Assembly (NCBI GenBank): GCA_010093995.1
Contig: ML992513.1
Span: forward strand, 307,203 to 371,202
Reading direction: 5' to 3'
DNA: 64,000 bases
DNA from: Elsinoe ampelina
Lineage: Eukaryota
Shown: in pieces, positions 28,211-39,398 of the stretch
Numbering within the stretch: the first letter of the stretch is position 1
Layout: each line of letters opens with the position of its first letter
Made by a program: the position numbers and the translations under genes
Notes under the pieces: generated by a model
What the model saw: the letters and a program-made list of their open reading frames with translations, nothing else
Told to the model about the DNA's origin: nothing
Database searches by the model: none

Positions 28211-29204
28211 ATTTAAAGGTCCGACATCGCATTGGTCATCGAACATTGCTGACAGAGAAGTGCTGGAGGACCGATTAATACTATCAGACGCGGTGTTCGT
28301 AATCCATTTCCCACTGGCACATGTGATAGCCTCCACCGGACAGCGAATTTTGAAGCCGATACCGAGTCTGCCGGAGCAAACATGCCTGTTTGTGGTTCTG
28401 GTAGTTTTGACCAGATCGGGCGTCGGGAGTGAGCCCCTGGATCAACACCTCGTCAGGACCATTTGTTCTTTGTTGATGTCCAACAACCATTCCTTGAACT
28501 GGCAAAGAGACGAGGTCCGTCGGCAGTCGCTAAAGCTGGCTCAGAGGTCTTGCCACTTTCGAGCGCGCACGACTTCATCTCATGTACCCGGTTGCATTTT
28601 CATTACACGTATACACTATGACCCCCTCGACAGAAGGCGCTTTCGATACGTGGGACGATATATATTGGCAACACGGACGACTCCTACTCCCAGCACCCAG
28701 CCTCCTTTCCGTCTTTGCATGAAAAACTCCCGGACGCAAAACGTGCAACGGAGATGTCGCTTCCGGGGGAACGGTCACAATGCTTTGATCGGTAGCAGTT
28801 CCGGCATGAACGTTTGCGACACATTGTAACATGTGTGCATCTCCTAGCTGTTATTCGGAACCATCTGAGGGCACCCAGGAAAGAATTGCACGGCCACTTT
28901 GTTGCTCACATTCGAAATCAACGTGGCATATGCCCATCTGTTGGTCTCTGGGAACTGCCACACTAGCTCGAGGACGTATCGCGGTAGTGAATTGGTGACT
29001 GCCCGATATCAAGACTGGAAATCGCATGCGATCTATAGACCCATCTATACGAAGTAACTCCGAATGCCTAGACCCATGCCAAATCCGAAGTGAAAACCAA
29101 CCTCTATATTTGAACGCCAGTCCGCGGTGGTGGTCCAAAAGGGTCCAGCCCTTTTACTGTCGCCCCATCTTGCTCCATCGCACCATAAACATCCTCGCAA
29201 ATCT

Positions 29205-29989
29205 CTACTGTCTTCCTGGATCCGCGCCGGGCTGCTGGGCCTGCAACATCGACTCCATCGATCCCGCGCCCGCTGGGTCGGTGGGCGGGGTCTTCGGCGG
29301 TGCAGGCGGGACTTCGCTGGGACCGCCAAAGGTCGTTCCCATTGCACCGTTCTCGCCCGCGTTGTGGAAGTTCGGATCCGGGCTACCCATGTTGGCATTC
29401 TTCTCCTTGTTCACCTGGAAGTGTGGTTAGTCTGCACAGTCCGGCCAACGAGTGAATCGAAGGGACTCACCGTGTCCAATGCACCGATCGCCATCGTGTT
29501 GCCGATCTTGCCCACTGGATCGAGTGCCTGAGGTATGCCGGCTGCATTCGAGGGGGCGACACCCGCGAGCTCCGTTCCTTTACCCACGAATTCTGACCCT
29601 GTCTTTCCCCCGCCGAATTCCGTCTGGGTGGGCAGGTTGAAGGCGTCTTTGTCGGCGCCCTTTTTGTCGGTCATATCGGCTGGACCACCTAGAGCCCCTG
29701 GGTTTTGTTGACCGGGGACGTTGACTGGCATGGTGGGGTTGAATTTTCCTTGGTTGTTCACTGGCTGGTTAGCATTGGCTGGATTTCCGACGGGGGCAGT
29801 AGTAGGGTTTGTGTCGTGTGAGCCCGGGCTGGGGGGCTGGTAAGGAACGTTTTGCAGTGGCGGTGATGGAGGGCCGTTAGAATCCGTACTCGAAGTCGAA
29901 CTTGTGGAACCTGTTCTTTTCGGCGCGGCCAGGGTCCCCTGAGAGAGCACTCCCAGAAGTAGAAGGAGGGTGGCGGACTGCAACTTCAT
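29205..29989 (-). CDS. Secreted Pro/Gly/Asn-rich, Cys-free protein (~242 aa)
   Basis: Signal peptide MKLQSATLLLLLGVLSQGTLA followed by APKR. Phase-0 intron 29470-29415 (GTGAGT...CTAAC...CAG) joins two ORFs in frame. TATATAA on the minus strand near 30110. Confidence 0.8.
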
Positions 29990-31277
29990 GGTTGCTGGTG
30001 AATGTAAGATGACACTGGTACTTCTTTTGGAGAGCTTGAGTGCAGGAAAGTTAAACTTGTAATCGTTCTTGTCTGGTCTGATCCATACCTTGACTTCTTC
30101 CTTATCTTATATATCATACTTGCCATGCACAATGCGAGGAACGAAGACGTTGCACATCGACATCAGAACAGCTTGTGAAGTGGACTCGAAGAGCCTCTTA
30201 CTACCACGATAGCATTCACCCAAGGGATCTCTCTCAAGCTAGCGAATGAGAGCACGCCGAAGAGATGGCCAATGAGCCAGCATCAGACGTGAAACGGACC
30301 AGGATGCAGTGCGAGAACAGCCTGCGCGGTGCATGAGAGGGCCGAGGTCGAAAAGGGGACGAAGCATAGGCAGGTGTTCTCTTCGACGACTCCTACCAGG
30401 TCGGGATGCCGGTCTTTTTCCGATCCGGAAGTAAAGACCCTCGCCGTGTGGAGTCTTTCGCCTTGTGGTGTCCAGACGGAGCATGAATGCAAGGTACAGG
30501 TGGCAACCTGCTGTACCGACGATACCATGCTGTCTCCAGATCTGAGAAGAGGAAGAAGTGGATTCTTACGTGATTGGCCAATCTCACTCACCGGGATAGA
30601 TGCATCCGGTAATGCCGGTCACAGAACAATTGAGAGGATGAAGGGACGTTGTGTCGATGCGACATCCGGCAAGGCTGATCTAGCCCACCATCACCATATC
30701 TATGCCTTGCATCCGCCTACACAAAATAAGTATACTATTACATCACAGATGGTCATAATACTCCTCTGTCGTTCTGGTACTGTAGACGTCTGTTGTCTTC
30801 GGACTCGAAATCATCAACGCGCTAACAGCAAGACCTGCCAATGCCTGCTCATTGCCCGCCCACTGTCTCAACGCCGCAGCAGCACTGCCGCTATCCGTAT
30901 CGCAGACCGAACCGTGTTAGTATCGTTCTGCCGGTATGCCGAAGGTCAGCCTGTTGAAGGCGTTCCTTGCAGGCAGTCGCGCGCGCTGAAGCATGGTGGT
31001 TGTGGGATAGAGATTGTTGTCCGCACCAGAAACGCCCTCTTCGCGTCCGGCACGACGTCTTTCCTTCTCATCTTACAATACGGAACTTTCTTCACCCCTT
31101 TACTGCTGGCCGCCATCAAATCCCACTGCCGCTGGAGCATGTCGAAGGTCTGACGTCGATGGAGCTATTGCATTGAGGACGACAAAGCGACTTGCTTGAG
31201 GTCACTGCGAAGCGCCATGTGGGCACAGCGGATTTTCAACCATGACAAGTGTTCAGCCTTAAACATCTGGACGTCAG

Positions 31278-31419
31278 TGTTGTAATGGAAGGCTGGTACA
31301 GCTTCTCTGGTACTGAAGAACTGGCACTGATGAGTCAGCGCACGCACAGTAGATAAATCGGTTATTGTAACTCTCTGAATAAAACACACGTCTCTCGATC
31401 CGATTTGCTAGTTATAACA
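31278..31419 (+). repeat. 5' LTR (142 bp)
   Basis: TGTTGTAATGG...GTTATAACA; direct repeat of 37719-37860 with 11 substitutions. Confidence 0.97.
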
Positions 31420-34400
31420 GGTCATAAGCCCGGCGCTTCTATAAAAGCACTTAAAGCTATAGCAAATTAAGCGTGTTATTATTAAAAGGATTACTAAGCC
31501 GCCTATACTAAATTCTAGACTAGCTACATTAAGATAAACACTTATAGTAGCCCGTATTAACCCTTTAATTAAACAGCTTAAACGGCTTAAACAAGCTAAT
31601 TATATTAATTAAATTAATAAGCCTTTAGCTAATTACTATTATTATATCTAGATTAGTAAAAATGCTTAAGACTTAGATTCTTAAGAGAGGAAGTAACTAT
31701 AATGCCTAGAGATTAACCCTTAAGGTAGCCCTCCTTAAAAAGGATATACTTAGATATATAATTTATAACATTAACTAGATACTAGTAGTTATAAAGCCTA
31801 AAGAACTAGCCCTAGATACTAGTAAAGGCACTAAGGCAATCTATAAGGTCAGGAATAAGACCTAGCATAAGAATAACAGAATTACTTATAGTATTATTAT
31901 AATAAGGATTTATAAATCTATTAGACCTTACTATAGTATAACTTAGAAGACTTTAAAGGAACTTCTAGACACTATTAAAGCTATATTTAAACCTGTTGTT
32001 TTATATAAGCTATATATAGCTATCTATAACCTTAATAAGGTAATTATAACAAGTTATAACACCTAAAGGTACTATAAAGATTTTATAAAGTACTATTATT
32101 AATACACTATTACTATAGAACAAAAAGCAAGCACTATTAGTACTAAACTAGATAAGTTTAGGCTTCTTCTATACTATATTAAGACTATGTTTATTATAGG
32201 AATAGAGACTACTAAATAGTTAAGGAGCTAAAGATCTAGCCTTAACTATATAAAGAGTCTTAAAGAGATAATAGACTCTCTTAGAATATAGAAGCCTTTA
32301 TATAATAGAAGAACTAATCTAAACTCTATTTATAGAGTAGCTAGTTATATTAAGGATTAATACACTTAGTATACTTATTATGTCTACTCTAATATAGATT
32401 ACTTTAAGTAGCACCCTAAGAAAGTACTAAAGAGTTAGAGTAAAAGGAATAATAAAGATAGGTTAAATAATAAAGATATAAAGGCTAGAGGTAAAAGTAA
32501 CAAGTTAAAGACTAAGAAAGTTAAAGGTTAAGCAGCTATTAAAGAATCTAGAGAACCTACTAAGGTAGGTAAATTAGATAAACGCTCTAATACTAATATT
32601 AATATTATTATACTAGTCTATAGAGTAGTAGTAGTATCTACATTATTATTCTTAACTTATAGTAAGAATAGAGCAATCTATAACTCTAGTGCATTAAGGC
32701 ACTTTATTAAAGATAGGTTATAGTTCTTAACAATTAAGGTATATAAAGGTATTCTTAAATTTAAATAAGCTATTAGTATAAAGAAGCTACTTAATATAGA
32801 AGTAAGCATAGTTAAGCTTACTCTAACTAATAGCAAAGGCAAGAAGTTAATTATTAAGCTTTATAATTATATATACTTACTATTATTACTAAATACCCTT
32901 ATATCTAATCTTTAGAATAAAGAGAAACTTAGTATCTCTATAGTTAGTAAATTCTTAATAAAGGATAGAAAGGAAGTTAGCCTTATTAAACACTTTAAAA
33001 GAGTTAAATAGCTTANNNNNNNNNNNNNNNNNNNNNNNNNNNNNNNNNNNNNNNNNNNNNNNNNNNNNNNNNNNNNNNNNNNNNNNNNNNNNNNNNNNNN
33101 NNNNNNNNNNNNNNNNNNNNNNNNNNNNNNNNNNNNNNNNNNNNNNNNNNNNNNNNNNNNAACTTTAAATATTAGATCTTAGCTACTATAAACTATATAC
33201 TATATTAAAGACATAGAAAGTAGTATTAAGAGAACTAAGGGATATACTAAAGTACTTACTAGATAAGCTCTATCTAGACCTTATTAGTCCTATTAAACTA
33301 TAGTTAAGTAAGAGCTATAAATACCTTCTCTTTATAATATATAGTAAGAGTAAGTATAAGTTTATTACTATTCTCTTCCTTAAGAGTAATACACTAGCAG
33401 TAATTAAACTTATCTATATAAGGAACAAAATAGCCTATAATAAGCTTTTATTTATCTTTATCTCTAATAGAGAAGGTAAATTTAAGAACTATAAACTAGT
33501 AATAGCTATTTATCTTAAAGAGTAGAGATAGAATATTTCTACACCTAATACTCTATACTAAAATAGTAAATCTAAGGCTACTAATAAAGTAGTTATTCTT
33601 AGAACAAGGTATATCTTTATTAATTATAGAGCACCCCTTAAACTTTAGTATATAGTTATAGAGTTTATAATCTACATTAGTAATAGAATTACCTATACTA
33701 AAACTAAGAAGATCCCTATATAAGAGCTAAGAAAAGATCTTCTCTATAATAATAAGCTAGTCTTATTAACTTATATTAGACGCTTTAGCTATAGAGTTTA
33801 TATCTATAACTAACATGTTTCTAAATTATACAAATTCTAAGCTANNNNNNNNNNNNNNNNNNNNNNNNNNNNNNNNNNNNNNNNNNNNNNNNNNNNNNNN
33901 NNNNNNNNNNNNNNNNNNNNNNNNNNNNNNNNNNNNNNNNNNNNNNNNNNNNNNNNNNNNNNNNNNNNNNNNNNNNNNNNNNNNNNNNNNNNNNNNNNNN
34001 NNNNNNNNNNNNNNNNNNNNNNNNNNNNNNNNNNNNNNNNNNNNNNNNNNNNNNNNNNNNNNNNNNNNNNNNNNNNNNNNNNNNNNNNNNNNNNNNNNNN
34101 NNNNNNNNNNNNNNNNNNNNNNNNNNNNNNNNNNNNNNNNNNNNNNNNNNNNNNNNNNNNNNNNNNNNNNNNNNNNNNNNNNNNNNNNNNNNNNNNNNNN
34201 NNNNNNNNNNNNNNNNNNNNNNNNNNNNNNNNNNNNNNNNNNNNNNNNNNNNNNNNNNNNNNNNNNNNNNNNNNNNNNNNNNNNNNNNNNNNNNNNNNNN
34301 NNNNNNNNNNNNNNNNNNNNNNNNNNNNNNNNNNNNNNNNNNNNNNNNNNNNNTAGATCTATAGCTATTAATTTTAAGCTAGACCTATAAATAGTAAGAG

Positions 34401-37400
34401 ATATACTATTCTCTCCTAAAGGTTATTACTAGTAAGCTATAATAGAGATAGAGTAGAAGGCTCTAACTAACTCTAAAACCTTTTTAATTATTAAGAAATT
34501 ATAGGCACTAAGAGGTATTAGGCTAATAACAGGCAAATAGGTCTTTAAGACTAAGAGGCTTACTAATAGCAAAGTTAAAAAATATAAGGCTTGTTAGACT
34601 ATAAAGAGCTTTACTTAAAGAGTAGGTATTAACTTTATTAGAACCTTTACACTAACACTAAGAGCTAAAACTAGAAGAGTAATCCTTATATATACTCTTT
34701 ATTATAACTAGGTTATTATAATAGCTAATATAGTTACTATATTTCTTAGACTAGACATTAATATTAAGAACTATATCTCTTGCCTAGAAGGCGTACTAAT
34801 TCCTAGTAAATAGGATAAGCTTATTATTCTTATAAAGGGCTTATATAGGCTTAAGTAAGCTACTACCCTCTAGTATAACGCTATAGTTAAGGCACTTCTA
34901 TTACTTAGTTTTAACAAATCCTATAGTAATACTTATCTCTTTATTAATAAGTATTATATAGTTCTTATGTATGTTAATAACTTTAGGATTATTACTACTA
35001 GGTAGAAGTATATAGATAAGCTAGTTAAAGATCTTTATCTTAAGTTCCTAATAAAGATTATAAACTTAAACCTCTTCCTTAATATTTAACTTTATAGAAC
35101 TAAGAACATAATTAAGATTAAGTAATTATACTACTTAAAGGAGAAGCTTAAAGGCTATAATCTTTACTAAGTAAGAACTATAAAGCATCCTATTAACTAA
35201 CTCTATAAACTAACTAATAGCTAAGTTAATACTTAATACTATAAGACATTTAATAGAATTATTAGTAAATTATAATATCTAGCTAACAATATAAGGCCTA
35301 ATATTAGCTATGCTACTAATTACCTAGCTAGGTTTCTTTAGAATCTAACTATAGCTTATATAGTTATAGCTAAATAGATCTAGAGGTATATTAATAAAAC
35401 TATTATAAAGGGCCTTACCTTTAAGAAGACTAATAGACTATTAGTTAACATAATTAAGACCTACTCTAACTTAGACTTTACTAGAGATAGATTAACTATA
35501 AGATCTATATCTAGTACTATTATTTATATACTTAGTGTACTAGTTATTTAAAAGTTAAGGCTATAGAAGATTATTATATTATTAAGCACTAAGGCTAAAT
35601 ACCTTACCCTTACTAAGACCTATAGAGAGATTAATTAGTTAAGAAATCTTATTATTAAACTTAGGCTACTTACTAATATTTACCTTAGCTTAACTATAGT
35701 CTTTATTAATAATAAGTTAGCTATTAAACTTATAAAAGATTATACTAATTTAAGGAGATTAAAGTATATTAATTTAAGGAATTATTACTATAGAGAGTAG
35801 TATAAACTTAGAGTAATTAAGCTTAAGTACATTAATATAACTTAGTAATTAGCTAATACACTTATAAAGCCTAAGTCTCCTAATAAGATTTTTAACTAAT
35901 TAGCAAAAGCTAATTATTTAGTATATTACTACACTATATACTTATTTAGATTTTATTTGTATTATTATTTTAAGTATATTATTTATGCTACTACTACTTA
36001 TTAAGCTATCTTATTTATCTAAAAACTTAAAGTAAGTTACTTTAACATTAAAAAGAGAGAAAGAAAAAGCTATTATAACCTTATTACTAGCTACTTATGC
36101 CTAAGCTACATCTACTACTTAATACTAACTACTATCTTATACTACTAACTACTTATTATACTTTACTAATTACTTCCTTAGAGAAGTTCTTATTCTTTTA
36201 AAGCTCTTAGAGCTAGTACAAGATCTATTACTTATTAATATATTAGAGTTAGCCCTTAATCTTTTATTTCTTAGGGAAGATCTAGATATATTTCTTATAT
36301 AACCTATACTACTAGCTAAACCTTATATAGCAAAGGTATAAATAGTTAAAAGACTACCTCTTTTACTAGATATAACCTTAGTTATACTTATAGCAAACCT
36401 AGCTATAATAACCTATAGAGCCTAGAGCTTAGCCTATATAGGATTTACTAGATTAGTAAAGTCTATAAAGACTATAATAAAGTAGCGTAAGTTAAGATAT
36501 ACTAAGGACTTATTAATAACATTAGTAGGCCTACTATAAGAAAAAGTAGGCCTTAGTAAGAACCTTTAAGGCAAAGTACTACTAAAAGAGAAAGACCTTA
36601 GAAGCTTAGTTAGTAGGTGTATTAGGCTATATAGAACAGGTTAGGTAATAGGCCTTAAACTACTTAGAGTTTCTTTTAGAGGCCTTAGAGTTAGAGTATA
36701 CTAGATAAGAGAGTAAGTCTTATACTATAGACTATAGGCATAGTTAGTATAGGCACTATAGAACTAGCTAGAGACTATAATATACTACTTAAACTTGCTA
36801 GCTCTACTAAGGCTACTATTATTACCTAGATTAGAGCTCTAACACTTAGTATAGTAGTTAGTACTATAGTAAATAACTCTTCTAGTAGCACTAGTTCCTA
36901 TTAAGGTAGCTATATAAGTTAGAAAACTAGTTAAGTTAATTGTCTTAGTTAGGTTCTTTACCTAGATAGTAGCTATAACTAAAAGATCTAGGTTACTAGC
37001 ACTAAAAGCCTAAATAGTAGAGGACCTAAAGACTAAGTATAGCAAGTTATAGTTATAGTATCTAAGGTCCCTAAGGCTAGTAAGGTTGTTCTAGATGCTT
37101 ATAGTAAGCTCTTAAGTAAGAGCCTATTTAGTCCTAACTATAATAAGTTAGTACTACTCTTTAGACTATATAAGGGACAATATACTAAGAGTATTTAGTC
37201 TAGTAATAGCCCTTATAGTACTCTACTCTCTTGTCTTAGAACTAGTTAAATCTCTAGACTAAGAAAAATTATATCCTCTACCTCTACTACCTAGTAAACT
37301 ACCTAGTGCTCTAGCACTAGTAGTAATGCTACTAATGCCTAGCTAAGTAGTAGCACTTATACTATAAGGAGTTAGTTTATGCTATAGAAGGTGTAAAAGT

Positions 37401-37718
37401 AGAATATAAAATAGTAGGCTATTATTATAAGTGTAATAAAGGAAAGAGAAACTATAAAGAAGTTAGCTAGATACTTATATCTCCCTTGTTAAGATTTATA
37501 AGCTAATCTATTTATATAGAACAATAGAGACAATAGCTGCCTAGTTATTATTAATAGTTACTATTGTTGCTAGCTATCATAAGCTAATCTAATAGTAAAT
37601 TCTCACTAGTGATTAGCTAGCACTAACAATCACAAAGAGATAAAGTAATAAGCTAATTACTTTACTTACATATAATAGGATAGTTCTCTAGCTTTAACAA
37701 TCTATACTAGAGGGGGAG

Positions 37719-37860
37719 TGTTATAATAGAAGGCTAGTATAGCTTCTCTAGTACTAAAGAACTAGCACTAATAAGTCAGCGCACGCACAGTAGATAAATC
37801 GGTTATTGTAACTCTCTGAATAAAACACACGTCTCTCGATCCGATTTGCCAGTTACAACA
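37719..37860 (+). repeat. 3' LTR (142 bp)
   Basis: TGTTATAATAG...GTTACAACA, preceded by the PPT and followed by the TSD GTCAG. Confidence 0.97.
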
Positions 37861-38249
37861 GTCAGACCATGACATGTCGGGAATTCTGAGCTGGTCGTAT
37901 CTCGCTCACTAGCCGACTGCATGCTTGTCGGTGAGAGCATCCTTCTCCCTTGTAATAATAGGCGTTCAGTATCGAACCTGCTGCGGTGGCGGACACTGGT
38001 ACTCGAGCGAGCCCTATAGACCTTGCGATGGTTGCTTCTGGTCGCTTTTGAGGTCAATACGTCCTCTTCGAGTCTCATGCTGCGAAATATCACATTCCTC
38101 GTCACCGTCACGGACCGCGTCTTCGGCGACTACCAGCTACATAGAGGTCTGTGAATTTGTTCATACTATAACAATGCCCAGGTGCACTCACTTTCCCCGG
38201 TCATCGCTTCCATGCAATCGTTACAGTTCTAGTCGTTCCTAACCCAATC

Positions 38250-38946
38250 ATGGCAAGTCCCTACAATACACGGCTGTGCCGTCAGATCTGCTTCATCTCC
38301 CTGCTCTTCGTCCCAGCATTAGGCCGTTCCAGCTGCATCCGAGGTAGATGCCACCAAGCTCGCATGGAGAGATGACTCCCCTTACAGTCTCATGCAATGG
38401 TATCTCGTGCGGTAGCTCTCCGAACACACCAGGAGACAACACGCCAGGAAGTAACACAGGGATGAACACGCAAGGTGAGAACTACCCTGTAGGCAACACT
38501 CCAAATGGCAACACATCTGGAACCGTGCGCCAGGTAGCAGCACTCCCAGCGGCAATACTCCGAGTGGCACTACTCCCAGTGGGAACACTCCAAGTGAAAG
38601 CAGTCCTGGCGGTACCGATTCTGGCAGCAATGCACCCGGTGGAGCAATACCTGCTGGCAAGACTCCAGATAAGAACGATACTCCAGTCAGCACCTCCTCT
38701 TACAGCTACAACCCCCCGTGCCACAACGGGATTGAGTACTTCCTCTACCACAGCGAAGACCACTTCGCCTCAGTGCGGGACGCTGCCGAACGGGTATCCT
38801 GGACGGCAACAAGTCTCACCACTACTAGAGGCACATACGGTGGTCGCCCGACAGAATCAAGCGCCGAGCGGCCGGGCCTGCGGCTCTGCGTCACGTATAA
38901 CGATCACGCACCTCCTGAGCTTGTGGCTGGGGCATTAGCTAGGTGA
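38250..38946 (+). pseudogene. Frameshifted gene for a putative secreted protein with (G/S/D)N-T-P-(G/S) pentapeptide repeats
   Basis: ATG 38250 MASPYNTRLCRQICFISLLFVPALG; 44-nt intron 38344-38387 joins in frame to VSCNGISCGSSPNTPGDNTPG... The repeat register continues in another frame from ~38521 (GSSTPSGNTPSGTTPSGNTPS...YNPPCHNGIEYFLY) to TGA 38944-38946. Confidence 0.55.
38420..38686 (+). repeat. Degenerate 15-bp coding tandem repeat (e.g. GGCAACACTCCAAGT-like units)
   Basis: Units such as ggcaacactccaaat, ggcaatactccgagt, ggcactactcccagt and gggaacactccaagt. Confidence 0.8.
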
Positions 38947-39398
38947 GGCATATCTCGGTGGAGAAGATCAGGGACGCTCTCGAAGAGGGAAAATGGACGA
39001 GGTTCGGTGGTCGAAGTTGATATGATTCTCACGCTTCCTTGATATCGATATTTGAGGTGATATGTAATTTGAGGGCGACTGGGTCGCTGGCAGGAGATGG
39101 ACTTCTCCAGCGACCATGTCAAGGGCTTGATAGTGATAATCTAATGTAAATCTGCCCACTGTTATGTACCCCACGTGATGTTTGACGTTGATTCGTATAT
39201 TGCGGTATTACGCGCAGGTCTGTACAGAGCATGTCCGTACCCGACCTTTCCGTCCGTCGAGTTCGAGCTTTGTCCTCGCATGGCCGGCATTGTTGTCCAA
39301 GCTGTGGCTTTGATGCCATTGACGAAGACTCGCTGTAAAATTCCAACTCGCCGTCAACACCGATACAACTCCGATATGCTCTCTCAATCAATTCTCGT

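Larger units (their letters stand above)
31278..37860 (+). mobile_element. Full-length RIP-inactivated Ty1/copia LTR retrotransposon (~6.6 kb including two N gaps)
   Basis: Two 142-bp TG..CA LTRs, GTCAG target-site duplication (31273-31277, 37861-37865), PBS-like GGTCATAAGCCC (31420-31431) and PPT AGAGGGGGAG (37709-37718). De-RIPed order is gag/zinc knuckle, PR (DSGAS ~32680), IN (LHLDL.GP ~33270; P.QNG.SE ~33555), RT (KWVFK, KGLYGLKQA, YVDD ~34970), RNase H (YSDSDF, TEAEY, KHID, LAD.LTK). Integrase before RT is the copia order. Confidence 0.96.

Noticed and set aside
27836..29138. Short ORFs upstream of MET16 (e.g. 28260-28829)
   Set aside because: Non-ATG starts or random-looking translations; treated as intergenic.
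30329..31277. 274-aa plus-strand ORF and a possible minus-strand gene interrupted by the copia insertion
   Set aside because: No recognisable motifs, and the rejoined minus frame has several stops. A decayed gene cannot be supported without a homology search.
33815..34390. 191-aa ORF inside the copia element
   Set aside because: Artefact of the N gap at ~33845-34353.
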